64,000 bases of DNA from Raillietiella orientalis (taxonomy: Eukaryota): contig JAYWIR010000021.1 of NCBI GenBank assembly GCA_036172245.1, forward strand, positions 620,001 to 684,000, read 5' to 3'. The translations under genes were made by a program, and so were the position numbers. Under the pieces are notes generated by a model. That model did not search any database and was not told the DNA's origin. It saw only the letters and a program-made list of their open reading frames with translations. This document shows, piece by piece, positions 52,790 through 64,000 of the stretch (position 1 is the first letter of the stretch; every line of letters starts with the position of its first letter).

Positions 52790-53493
52790 CACAGTTTGTC
52801 TCACCTTCTGTCTGTGTGACTGTCTGTCTGGCCGTGAACGAATATGCGCATTACTCATAAAAAGGGGTTTCAGCGATTGAGGATAAAGAGTTAAGGCATA
52901 GTGCAATGGTCAATTGCTGCGTTGTTTGCACGTCCCTAAAGGCGAACAAATCGTTTTAGGCATTTTACCGAGCAAGTTTAATCATTCCGAATTGGAAGTT
53001 TCCATCAAAAATATCAAGACCAAGTGTTCCATCCTGGTTGGATACCTTCATTTATAATGTACATTTCTAATTTTCTTCATTTTCACTGTGCATTTAATAA
53101 GTGCTGCCTTTCTTGCATTTTAAAATCTTTCTCTTGCTTGTAGTTTCAACAGTTTGAAGTTTGAGGTCCTTTCAAAGATCCAAAAAAAAAACTGTCTATT
53201 ATTCAATTTTTTGTAGTCAGCTTGGTATCTCATACATCTAGTGATCTAATTGTTCTCGCAACCGCTTTATAATATGTAAACGAAGAGCGATTATTTGGGA
53301 GTCATCCAATACATGTGTGATTTAGTATTTAGATTGTATTTTTGTGATGCTATTAACCTTTCAACAATGCATGCTTCTACAAGTCCAAACTGTGAGCTTT
53401 ACCCTAAATGGTCATATTGTAGCCTAAGATTTCCTGTATCAAAAACAGTTACATGACTATTTATTACATACATTGCACAGTTAAAAGTTTACC

Positions 53494-54125
53494 ATGGATC
53501 AGTGTAAGCCTCTTCATACTGGAAACATGAATGCTTTCAGGGCTTCCACAATAACTGAGAAACAAAGAACAAGTATGCAAAGTAAACAGAATTTATATAA
53601 CCAAATGGCAGATCTTCACAAGCAAAGGGAGAAAAAAGTTGTGCTCCTTACTCTCAGACTTATGAATTGATTTGTCTACTTTTAGAAATTAATTGAACAA
53701 AAAATCGAAAGGATAAGAAGGTATGAAAAGTTTGCTGGACCTGTGTGCACAGGGAATAAATTAGGTGGAACACCTAGTGATCAAAATGGTGCAAAAGAAT
53801 CCAGGAATTTATCAGTCATCTCTACTGGAAATCTTGCAGAACAGGTTAATGATGAAAATTCCTCAATTTTTTTTTCAATTTTTTAATTTCTAAGACTGTG
53901 CTTAGTTCAACTTTATAATCATTACAGGCAAAAGCAGATTGCAGAAGTGCAGATTGCATTAGCCAGAGAGAAGCTTCTACGGAATTCAAAGACCAGAAAG
54001 ATATTCTTTCGACTATCTCTGAAAATAACTTGAAAATGCATGAAGCTAGGAGAAGAATGCAACAAAATTATTCTGCCCTGGCCAAAGAACATGCTGATAG
54101 GGAGATTGTAAAAGACACTGATTGA
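53494..54125 (+). CDS. Uncharacterised 166-aa charged, helical protein (3 exons)
   Basis: Exons 53494-53637, 53686-53844 and 53928-54125 are all phase 0 with GT-AG introns of 48 and 83 nt and no internal stops; AATAAA at 54335. Confidence 0.6.
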
Positions 54126-54134
54126 GTGGTTTCT

Positions 54135-54232
54135 TCATATTCAGACACACACTAGCGCTGATTTAATATTCAGACACACACTAGTGCTGATCTCATATTC
54201 AGACACACACTAGTGCTGATTTCATATTCAGA
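54135..54232. repeat. 29-bp minisatellite, ~3.4 copies, in the 3' UTR
   Basis: Unit TCATATTCAGACACACACTAGTGCTGATT. Confidence 0.95.
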
Positions 54233-56471
54233 AGGCTGAGATGCTTAAGATGTAATGTTGACTTGTTATTATATTTTGAATGCCATGTTTTGCATGCTTT
54301 GATTTATCCTGAACTTATTGAATAGTCATAGAACAATAAAAGGTGGCACTGGAGCCATGTGTAATTTGGATCCTGAGTGTTTTATTCCCCACTTATACAT
54401 ATTCTGTATGCATGGAATAATTGTTTTTGCTTTATTTTTTATGTTGCTTGTTTTTACCTCATTGCTTCATGATTGTGTAAGCTTGTAATATGTGAAATAA
54501 GATGTACTATTGTGGCCATATCTTTCTAGTGAGTAGAGTCTTTTGCAAGAACATCCCTCAAACTTTCACATGAATCAAATAACTTTGTAACATCTCTTCA
54601 AGGATTTGAATTGAATTAGATGAAAGAAAAAAGAGATTCTGGTATGTGGATTCAAGGATTTAGTAAGTTGAGATCCTTGAGCAGATTTCAGAAAAGGTGT
54701 TTGGATAACTGTGAAGGTTGTTGTGACTTAAGGAATTTCAGAAAAGCAAATTACATAAAATGGTCAAATCCATGATTGCAAGTTCCATCATTACAGTTCA
54801 CTAACTTCTCAAGTTGTCTTGATTTTCTTGTGAATAAAAATACCTCTGAACCAGTCAGTTGGAACATTTCTGCTAACCTTCTCTTATGCATTGCAAGAGT
54901 TCTGTAGTCCTTGACTTTATATCAGATCCAGGTAGAGTATAAGTTTTCATTAGCTTGGACTAGTTAAGGGTTTTATGCACTGCTTGTGCCTATTTGTCCA
55001 TCAAGTAGATAAGGATGTCAGAAAAAGGAGAAGAAAAGAAAGGCTTGAAAAGAATTTTGTCAGAAAGGCTCTGCTGCTGTTGTACCTGTGATTTATTTTC
55101 ATACTGCAGTATAATGTCTTGTATGTAACAGGAATCATCACAATTGCCAATGAGCTTCATCTCCCCTAATTGTATTGATGTTCCATTACTTGTGTGAAAT
55201 AATTTCAAATGAAGTTGGTTTTCTGCCAAGTTTCAGTGCATGTGAATTTCATGTATGCACAAAATGCAACTTTTGTAGTATTCTCAGTGGGACAGTAGCA
55301 GCAAATCACTCTCTAAACGATTCACTTTCGAAGTGACCATGGAAAGCATACATTCTCAGATTAGTAGTTAAATAAATTAAGGAAAACTATTTTGACCATG
55401 GATTTTTTAAATTGAAAATTAAAGTAACAAGAATGCAATTTAAATCGTTGTACCAGAGTTGCAGGAGAAGTATCGCGTGTTCCTTCTAATTAGATTATAA
55501 ATACATTACATGAGATGGATATATGGATATCATGAGATCGTCACATTCCAATTGAATTCCTGAGATATATCCATCCCATGGAATACAGAAACGGCATTGC
55601 CATGTGTAACCACAGCATCAGCTTATTACCTGGAATGTGCTCATATTCAAGTGCTTGTTGTGGCTTCCAAATCAGAAAAGCACCATCCCGATAACGTCCG
55701 ATGAAACGTACAGGAACGTTTGTTTTCTAATAATTATCTTTGATGGGAGCTACCTTCAAACTTTATCTGCTTTTATCGTCCTAACTGTTGTGCCCGCGTA
55801 TAATCAGTGTAAGACATCTTCAGATCGAGTCATTAACCTAAATATCTTTTTCGTCATTGACTACCCGTGCCTTTAGTTCAAAATTGGTGAGCAACCCTTG
55901 CAGAAGGCAACGCGAGGGTTTGGGTGTGCTTTCATCTTGTTTTTTTACCAGTTTTCCTTCCCTTCGTAGCATTCCTGCCGTGCCTTCATATTGTGAGTTC
56001 TGTTTCTCCATATTGTAGCGTGAAGCTTCAAGACTAAAATCTGTAGTCTTGCTGAAGAGACAAGATTAATGCATATTCCATCATGTGAACAGCACAGTTT
56101 CCAAGATAGAATGTGCAAGTGAAATGCATATACCTTAACTTCCTTTCTTTTTGTATTTTACTATATATTTTCCTTTATTTCGGTTGCCAAACTCATGTTT
56201 TCGTGAAGACAAAGCTCGGATCAGTTTACAAGATACAAAATCTCTACTTCTGGAAATCCCATTCAATCCCACTTTTGGAGATCGAGTAGTCTTGAAATCC
56301 TTATTCCGATTCAGCTCTTACTAGAGAATTTTTTGGTTTCATTTCTTAAGTGTTCATAGAAGGCGTTAAATAACATATTTTTTCCATTTTGGAATATTTT
56401 GGTCATGTATTTTCAGATAACTGAGTCTTTAGGCCCGAGTTTACAGATTTACTTCTAATCGCATTGCATTT

Positions 56472-57926
56472 TTAGGATTGTGCTTCCCTTTTGTGCACAA
56501 CCTCCGGAATATCTCTTGCCTTCCTATGAAAGTTGTTTCCCTGTTTCTTCCTCAAAAATGTGATATGCAATAATGAATGGCCATAAGCGGAGTCAGACGA
56601 TCGGTCAGATAGGTCGCTTATTTGGAGCTCATGCCACAAATAGAACATTGGGACATCCATCTCATTTGAACTGAAGTTTTGAATAGTCTTATCATTTTTT
56701 GGAAGCAGATCACAAATAGAGTTCATTCTACTAAAAAATACATAACTGCGAAACTATGAGAATGTAGTTTTTTTTTGAACTGCATGCATTAGAACTTTAA
56801 CAAATCTCTTCTGCAACAGCCATATTGGGTACAGGGTCCAGATGAGGAATAGGAAAAACTCATCCTCAGATTTTATTACAAGCCCCAAAATAAGCAGACT
56901 CAGTACTACCCATCCATAAACAAACCCTAGATAGTTACCTGACATTTGTAAACGAATAGATATCTGGAAGAAGTTCCATGGAACCTTAGATATCGCTTGA
57001 CTTGTGAGAGAATTTCCATGACATCGTTTCGTGATTTTAATATCTAAAATTATCTTTAAAGAGATTGTGTAGTGAAAAAAACATTGGATGATTTTTTGAG
57101 GAATTATATTGAACATCAGACACTGACGCCAATGAAATGTGTGGAAGTTATTAATTTCATATTAGCATTTCTTCTTTGTCTGTGGATATATTTTTGGCCA
57201 TGGAAGCTATCGAAGTTTAATTCTGTTATTGAATCTTTTTAAATTAGAAAAGCTCGTTCCCATGTTATCTAACAATAGTATTTTGCAATGGAGGTATTCA
57301 GCATTTTTATTATGAGATAACAATCATTCATCTTGAAAATCGAAAAGCTATGGGATCTGTAATTATGCTGGATTAAGTACTTGATAAATTATTGGTATAC
57401 ACTCCTTCTTAGCAACTGGCTAAATCGATTGGCGATTGACTGCATATCTTGAAGTCTGGTTCAAGTGTGCTCTGTTAATGCAGTATGAAATCATAGTGCA
57501 ATACCATGATAACCTGTTATATTGTAGATAGCATGCAAAAAACATAGAAGCATTCCCCAAAAAGTCTACCTCGTAGAATGCAGAATTTGTGGAAACTTAA
57601 AGGCAGTACTAGTGGATTTCCATTCGGAAATCTGGGAACAAAATATCATTTTAGTCAGGAAAGTCTTACATCAATCATAGGAAATTGTCTGGAAGTTACA
57701 ACAAGATGGGATGTCGAATGCTATTAAGAAATCAGCATTGTACTCTTGACGAGAACTTTGTTTAGAAGTTGTATTTGGTAAGCAGATATAGCAATGTCAT
57801 CAGATTTCGACGATGGAATAAGATGATCGAGGCATGTGGAATCCAGTGACGATGAATACTTACAGTTGGTTTCTTCAACAGGAAGCACAGAATGAGATGC
57901 AAAGCCAATCTCATGTCTGCACTCAT
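56472..57926 (-). CDS. Possible secreted precursor protein, incomplete model
   Basis: Exon 57926-57864 MSADMRLALHLILCFLLKKPT (signal-peptide-like, GTAAGT donor); in-phase exons 57720-57670 and 57631-57570; later segments with IHRQRR and FHRKAR. The downstream phases do not join cleanly. Confidence 0.3.
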
Positions 57927-58777
57927 GTTGAAAGATAGCTTAGTTTGTACGGTTAATGAATTTCGTTCACTGTTCTATATTTAATGTTAACTGATGCTAC
58001 TAATTATAGAGAAAATTGGTAGTCTTCCAACAAATCAATTCTATACATGCTACTTTGAACAGCATGCAAGCCAACAAAACAGAACCCAGATATTTGTTTT
58101 AGGTGTTGCTTTGTTGACTTTTATATATGAGGAATTTGTATTCTTCGAATTGTCATTCAAAAAGCTTGTCACACTATAATTAATTAAAAGCGAGTTTTTC
58201 GACCCAATCACAATGAGAAATTCGTTCGATGATCAATGATCGTGAAAGTGCTTAGGGTATATATGATTTTTACTATCTTATAGATTTTATAAATAAAGTT
58301 TTGCCTAAGTGAATTCATTTCCCTAGTTGGTCTTTAATTTAGAGACTAAAGGGTTGTGAGTAATTTCTGTTCGACATTAAACCTTAATAAGTTTAGATAA
58401 TTAACGATCCAAGTGAAAAAAAAAATCAAAAACTGAGATTATTAACATTGAAATACATGTCAGTTATTATATGCTATATAATTGGGAATTTTTGGCTATG
58501 TATTTCGCTAAGCAAAGTGTTTTGTTATAAAATGTGGAAAATGATCTTTCGACATTTTTACTTTGCCATAATGTTGTGAGGATCCCTGGCATTTCTGAAA
58601 CGTGTATGAAGTTGGACGTGATGTGATCGTGGAGCATACAGTGTGTTGAACATGGACGTTGGAATTCAAGTTAATGATGTAACCTCATATTCCAATTTGT
58701 AAACTAATTTGTATTGTGTAAAACAGTATATGATTCCGTAAGATATACTACGTTATTGTTATTATATGAACAAGAAC

Positions 58778-61485
58778 ATGATGCAATATAACTTTAAGAA
58801 AATTGTTGTAGTTCCTTCCGCAAAGGTAAGACCATTTTCTAGTGAAATGTTAATGTTTCATTCATTCGTGCATAACTGATGTTTTACCTGTAATGTTTTG
58901 GCACGTTAATTTTCTCGGAGGCACGACCCATTTGATTTACTTTTAAATGAATAAGTTATGCTTTGTGATATACACCGAACCCATGAAATTATCTGATGCT
59001 TAGTTTATTTAAGTTATAAGAGTTACAGATAATGATTGTAGCTGGAACTAGTATTACTTGGGAGGTGAACAGTTGTTGATTTAAAAAGTTCATTTACATT
59101 GCCTATGCCAATTCAAGTAGTTTGGTAATCACAGTCTCCCATGAGCCAATGTTTTGGGTTTTTTACCTAAGCCGGAATTTATCCCCATAATGAGTTTCAC
59201 TCAATTCCTGAGATGTGATGTTAAGTAAAACTTTTATTGTAGGAATTTGTTGACATAGTGTTATCCAAAACCCAACGAAAAACACCAACTGTTATCCATC
59301 GTCATTATAAGATTGGTAGGATACGTGAATTTTATATCCGCAAAGTAAAATTCACGCAACAAAATTATAATGAAAAACTGACTAGAATTTTAACAGACTT
59401 CCCAAAATTAGAGGTAATTCTTTACACTGCTTTGTTGTGGGGATTAATGGAAGTGTTATTCACAGGATATCCATCCCTTTTATGCTGATTTAATGAATAT
59501 TCTTTATGACAGGGATCATTATAAAGTAGCTTTGGGACAACTAAACACTGCTCGCCACCTTATTGATAAGTAAAGTTTCCTAAGTTGTGGTTGGTATTAA
59601 GTTGGTAACACTTAAACTTATAGTGTTGCAAAGGACTATGTGCGGCTGTTAAAGTTTGGAGACTCCTTGTATCGTTGCAAGCAATTGAAAAAAGCTGCTT
59701 TGGGTCGAATGGTAACTATTATGAAGAGACAAGCAGCCAGCCTTCAATATTTAGAACAAGTCCGTCAGCATCTCTCTCGATTACCCTCCATTGATCCCAA
59801 CACACGTACAGTTATCATCTGTGGATTCCCCAATGTGGGCAAGTCGAGTTTCATCAATAAGGTCAGATACATATTGTGGAACCTTATAGTAATTTGTCAG
59901 CAGGTCTCTCGGGCAGATGTTGAGGTACAACCTTATGCTTTCACTACTAAAAGTTTATATGTAGGACATATGGACTACAAATACCTTCGTTGGCAAATTA
60001 TTGATACTCCTGGATTATTAGATCATCCATTGGAGGAGCGCAATACTATTGAAATGCAGGCGATTACAGCTCTGGCTCATTTGCGGGCAGCCATTTTATT
60101 TTTGTTAGATGCTTCAGAGCAGTGTGGTTACAGTGTTGCTGATCAGGTTAAGTTGTTCTGCAGCATTCGCCCGTTGTTTGCTGCCAAAGTAAGGCTGCAC
60201 CAGATTTAAGTTGTGTACTTTTGCAATGATCTTTTAGCCTCATGTACTGGTCCTTAGCAAATCAGATATCGTAAACTTGGAAGAATTAAGTGATGAGCGT
60301 CGGTCATTAATTGAGCCAATATGTAAAGAAGGTATACCTCTTATGCAGATGTCTAGTGTTACAGATGAAGGAATCATGGAAGTCAAAGAGAAAGTAAGCT
60401 GTTTGAGTGCTTTGTAACTAAAGAATCCATTGTTTTATAAGATATGTGACATGCTGCTCGAGTTCCGTGTTGAACAGAAGATGAGAAGTTCTAAAGTGGA
60501 CAGTATCCTTAATCGACTACATGTGGCCATGCCAGAGCCTCGTGATGCCAAATGTCGCCCTCCCTACATACCTGGTTGGTGTCTAGCTGGGGAGCTCTGT
60601 TGCTATTTATTTTCTGTATCAAGAAAGTGTTGCAAACAGACGTAACGCAAAGCTTTCTAATCCGACGAAAGCTCAGACTGAACGAGAACTGGAACTGCAA
60701 ATGGGAGATGATTATATTTTGGATCTGCGTAAACATTATGACCTACCAGATGGCATCAAATACGATCGTGTTCCGGAAATCTGGGAAGGGCATAACGTCT
60801 TAGATTACGTGGATCCCAACATAGCCCACCAATTGGAGGAACTGGAGGAAGCAGAAAACTTGCGAGAGCAGGCGGGTTTGTATGCCCCGGATTCTGAGCC
60901 AGACGAAGAAGAACTGAGGGTCCATGAAACAGCTGAGCAGCTTCGAAATAAAGGGAAAGAAATGACGGTAAATGGAGAGTATTGACAAATTGCCCGTGTC
61001 TTATCGGACGGATAGATTGAGGCCAGAGTTGTCAAGAGCACAAATAAAGGAGTACTTCCACGTGCATCAAGGAAAAGAGGGCGCAGCGTATCACAGCTTA
61101 GAAAGGAATTTACTGATCTCGGTGTAGACCTCAGTGGAGTCAGAAACGTGCGTATTCCGAAGAAGTGCAGAAGCAAGCTTCATGGTGTTCTTTGCAGCCC
61201 CACTTCGCCCGCAGCAAGTCGAGATCCAGGTCCCGCCTTCTCGTAAAGCGTCCGAGAATCGATTCAAGTACCAGTAGGTTACGCAGTGTTTCAAGGCCGC
61301 CCAGGGATCAGTCTGGCCTGCGAGATACGTCGATGATGAAGAAAGTGAAGAAAATGAGTCGGAAAGTGCAACGCGTCCCCAATCGGCTGGCGCGCAAAGG
61401 AGAGGCCGATCGAACGATACTGAACCTACGCCCCAAGCACCTGTTTTCAGGGAAGCGAAAAATGGGGAAAACGGATTGGCGTTAA
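58778..61485 (+). CDS. GTPBP4: Nucleolar GTP-binding protein 1 (NOG1)
   Basis: Exons 58778-58825 ([16 protein letters not shown]), 59243-59413, 59466-59569, 59624-59861 (GFPNVGKSS), 59904-60188 (DTPG), 60238-60393, 60442-60574, 60624-60967, 61016-61147 and 61198-61485 ([17 protein letters not shown]). All GT-AG and in phase. Confidence 0.98.
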
Positions 61486-61999
61486 ATCTTCCGAGTGTGT
61501 CAGAAGTAAATTGTCGCTGTCGGTGATTCCGTTTCCTAATGAGATCAAGGGTGATGGAACAGGATCAGAAACGGTGAACGGGCAAAAGGAGACCCAACCC
61601 CTATCGTAAATAAAGTGCCCTCCGGGCCGCAAGTGAAAAGGCACCGTCTCCTGCCCCCGAGCAGTCACTGCTCTGCACGTGGAAGACTCAGTTGCCTGCT
61701 GCATCGAAACTTCACGTGTGCCGGCCTTTTTTCCTTTCCGTTCGCGTTCGCAGGGAATGCGACGTTTATTCCGGTGCGTTCCGTTGTGCAGGCGATTGCC
61801 AAGCGGGGTCACCAGAATGCCAACGATTGCGTGCCACCGGCATGGAAAACTCTGCCTTGGGCCGGCAAGCTGTCACTGAAGGATTAAAAGATTTCAAGGG
61901 GTGGATATTGTTTTGTCATTGAAATCGGATGCGGCTTTTGCTTCGAAGATGTTTTGCACACATTTAAGCGCAAAGTGAATCGAAGTGCAGTTCTGCAGA

Positions 62000-62480
62000 A
62001 CAGGTTCTCTTCGGTTCGTGCAAAATCATTTTGGGCCACTCTCGTAATCTGTACGGATTTCATGCTGGAGGTGCGCATGCCTTGAAAACCCAGACTGAGC
62101 GACTGCTAGCCAGCGGTTACTGTGTTTTTGTGCTGGACGCAAAGTGGCATTTGGGGGAGGGGGCGAGTTCTTGTCTCGTGTTGCCAGTCAAAGGCACTGG
62201 CAAACCCAAGTGTTTCAAATCACCCCAGCGCCAAGTGTCGAAGCTTTCTCGGAGCTCGAGACGCTTCACCTCCGTGAACGAAAGCGAGGAGATGGCCCCG
62301 AAGAGTTCAACAAAAGAGGTACACACACTTTCAGCGGAGAGGGGGGGGATTCTGTAGAAGGTCAAGTGTTTATTACTAGAAATTTGATGCTCAGCCGGTT
62401 CCACCAGCAAGGTAAAGACTGGAGGGAAAGGACCTATTCGACATTTCGAATGTGGGCATCGCTTTATTAGCAAACAGCGC
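62000..62480 (+). mobile_element. Decayed L1/Tx1-like RT C-terminal fragment
   Basis: DSVEGQVFITRNLMLSRFHQ resembles LS..GKV...K.L.LSRF.Y. Confidence 0.45.
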
Positions 62481-62899
62481 AACCACACCACATGACCAGC
62501 GCGAAAGAATAAAAAACTCTACATCGAAAAGTGGGTCAATCGAACAAGAGTTCCGAGTACGCAACGTCTGCCTGCAGCTGTCACAAGTACGCTGATTTCG
62601 TCCAGGCTCTATGCGGATACGTTAATCAATATGGACACAAAACTTCCTCCGGGATGCTTTGTCGACCGTCACTAATGAATCCTTTCCATCGACCCCGACC
62701 GTGAGCATAACCTCAGCCAGTTGCGGTTCTTCTTTAGAAGATTCATTCGAGTACCGACCGATGCTTCGAACTGGAAGAAGACCCGAAAGCTGAGTAAACA
62801 GCAGAGGGCGGTGATTTCGAAGGACTGATGAGGATGTCCTGCGCTGCGGGAGCACACGTGAGCACGACGCAAACACGAGAGCGTGCGCCGTCCATGGGA

Positions 62900-63900
62900 A
62901 TGGAGGTGAGGTCAAAAAAGGAAAAGAAAGAAAGCAAAGAGGGAAGGCGGGAGTACTCTTTGGCGGACATCAACCCAGGCCCAAGAGAATGATAGGATGA
63001 CACGAGCCACATGTTGACCCGCCTGACCATGGGCATCGGAGCTCTTCACAGGTGTGTTCTCAACGCGCAGGTTCCACCAAGAGCGCGAGTTCGCATCGCT
63101 GGAGCTGCTGCCTCTGCCTCCGAGGAGGAACTCTCCCAAAACGAACGGCACAAGAAGCAGGACTTCCAGAGCCGCAAAGCATGGCTCGCTTGCGTAGTCC
63201 AGCTCTCCAGCTCGGGTGCCGCGAGCCTTTCCCCCCGACAAACGAAAGCAACTTTGAGAGACGGCCAGGCATGGGACGCTGAGCTGTCGGAGAATCGATT
63301 CCTTGGAGGCGCCATCGCTTCGGAGCGTCCTCGTCATCGAATTCTTCTCTCCGTCTTTCCTGTCCATAGTAGCCAGATCCCCTAGAGGGACGCCGGTCAG
63401 CTGCGAAGCGTCGCGTGATTGTGCAGCGCCATCAGTAGTGCAGGACAGGCGCCGGGCAGCGGAGTGGGCAAAGAAAAGAGAAGAAGGCTGAAGGGAGAGG
63501 CAAAAGACGCCTCTGCCTTCAGCTGCTGGAACCTCTGCGCCAGTATTCTGGGCGCACGCCCCTCCTTCTCGCAATTGTCCCAGTGAGGACGACTTTTCCT
63601 GAGAGCGCCGTAGGTGCGCGCAGTCGGGAGGCTGTGTTTCCTCCACTGCTTGAGGCGGAGGGAGGTGCTCCAGTCCCCCACTGTTGCCCCTGGGGTGATG
63701 TCTGCCGTCCGAAGGACCTCCGGATCGTGGCACTTCGAGACAACCACGGGAAGGTGAGGTGGTGACGTCCTTTGCTCGGAGGACGTCTTTGCTTGAGATG
63801 CCCTCCCCTGAATCGAGGGTCTCCCCTTCCTCCCGTCCTCGAAATGGCACTCCCCGCAGATCTTGTCTTCCCCTCCAGGCTGCATCCTGGAGCAGCGGGA
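62900..63900 (-). mobile_element. Probable decayed LINE endonuclease region
   Basis: GC-rich pseudo-coding tract with weak endonuclease-like peptides (TVGDWSTSL; TPVKSSDAH, SDH-like). Confidence 0.25.
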
Positions 63901-64000
63901 AAGGCACGTGGGCAGAGGAGTTTCCCGTCTCTGAGCAACGACAAGCGGGCCCTGCCCTTGACCTCGAGAAGAGCGGGTCTCACGAGCGCGGTGTCCTCCT

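Noticed and set aside
54123..54155. TGA of the orphan gene as selenocysteine
   Set aside because: No recognisable SECIS in the 3' UTR, and read-through enters the minisatellite.
58826..59242. snoRNA in the long NOG1 intron 1
   Set aside because: CTGA motifs are present but there is no good box C pairing, rRNA complementarity is at most 9 nt, and the best box D is only ~30 nt from the acceptor.
62824..62880. Hammerhead core CTGATGAG
   Set aside because: No properly placed GAAA after a stem II.

Overview
Eukaryotic (animal, probably arthropod-like) genomic DNA with two compartments. AT-rich islands carry compact spliced genes with very short introns: ERp44 (-), RPL3 (+), ZUP1/ZUFSP (-), NOG1/GTPBP4 (+), and two candidate orphan genes. 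GC-rich tracts consist largely of decayed non-LTR retrotransposons (many L1/Tx1-like ORF1, endonuclease and RT fragments, and at least one Penelope-like element). Three 3' exons of an Elk-type KCNH potassium channel and a histone H3 pseudogene lie in the first 15 kb. The most notable observations are a dispersed family of ~42-nt GC-rich hairpin-repeat arrays with a shared T-rich leader (10.1-10.7 kb and 40.8-41.3 kb), a candidate 28S-guiding C/D snoRNA and a candidate poison exon in RPL3 introns, a clean 3-exon 166-aa orphan gene missed by the ORF track, and a 634-bp hairpin-rich insertion flanked by 11-bp direct repeats. No CRISPR array or prokaryotic system is present. All calls are by eye and from remembered family motifs; no database searches were run.
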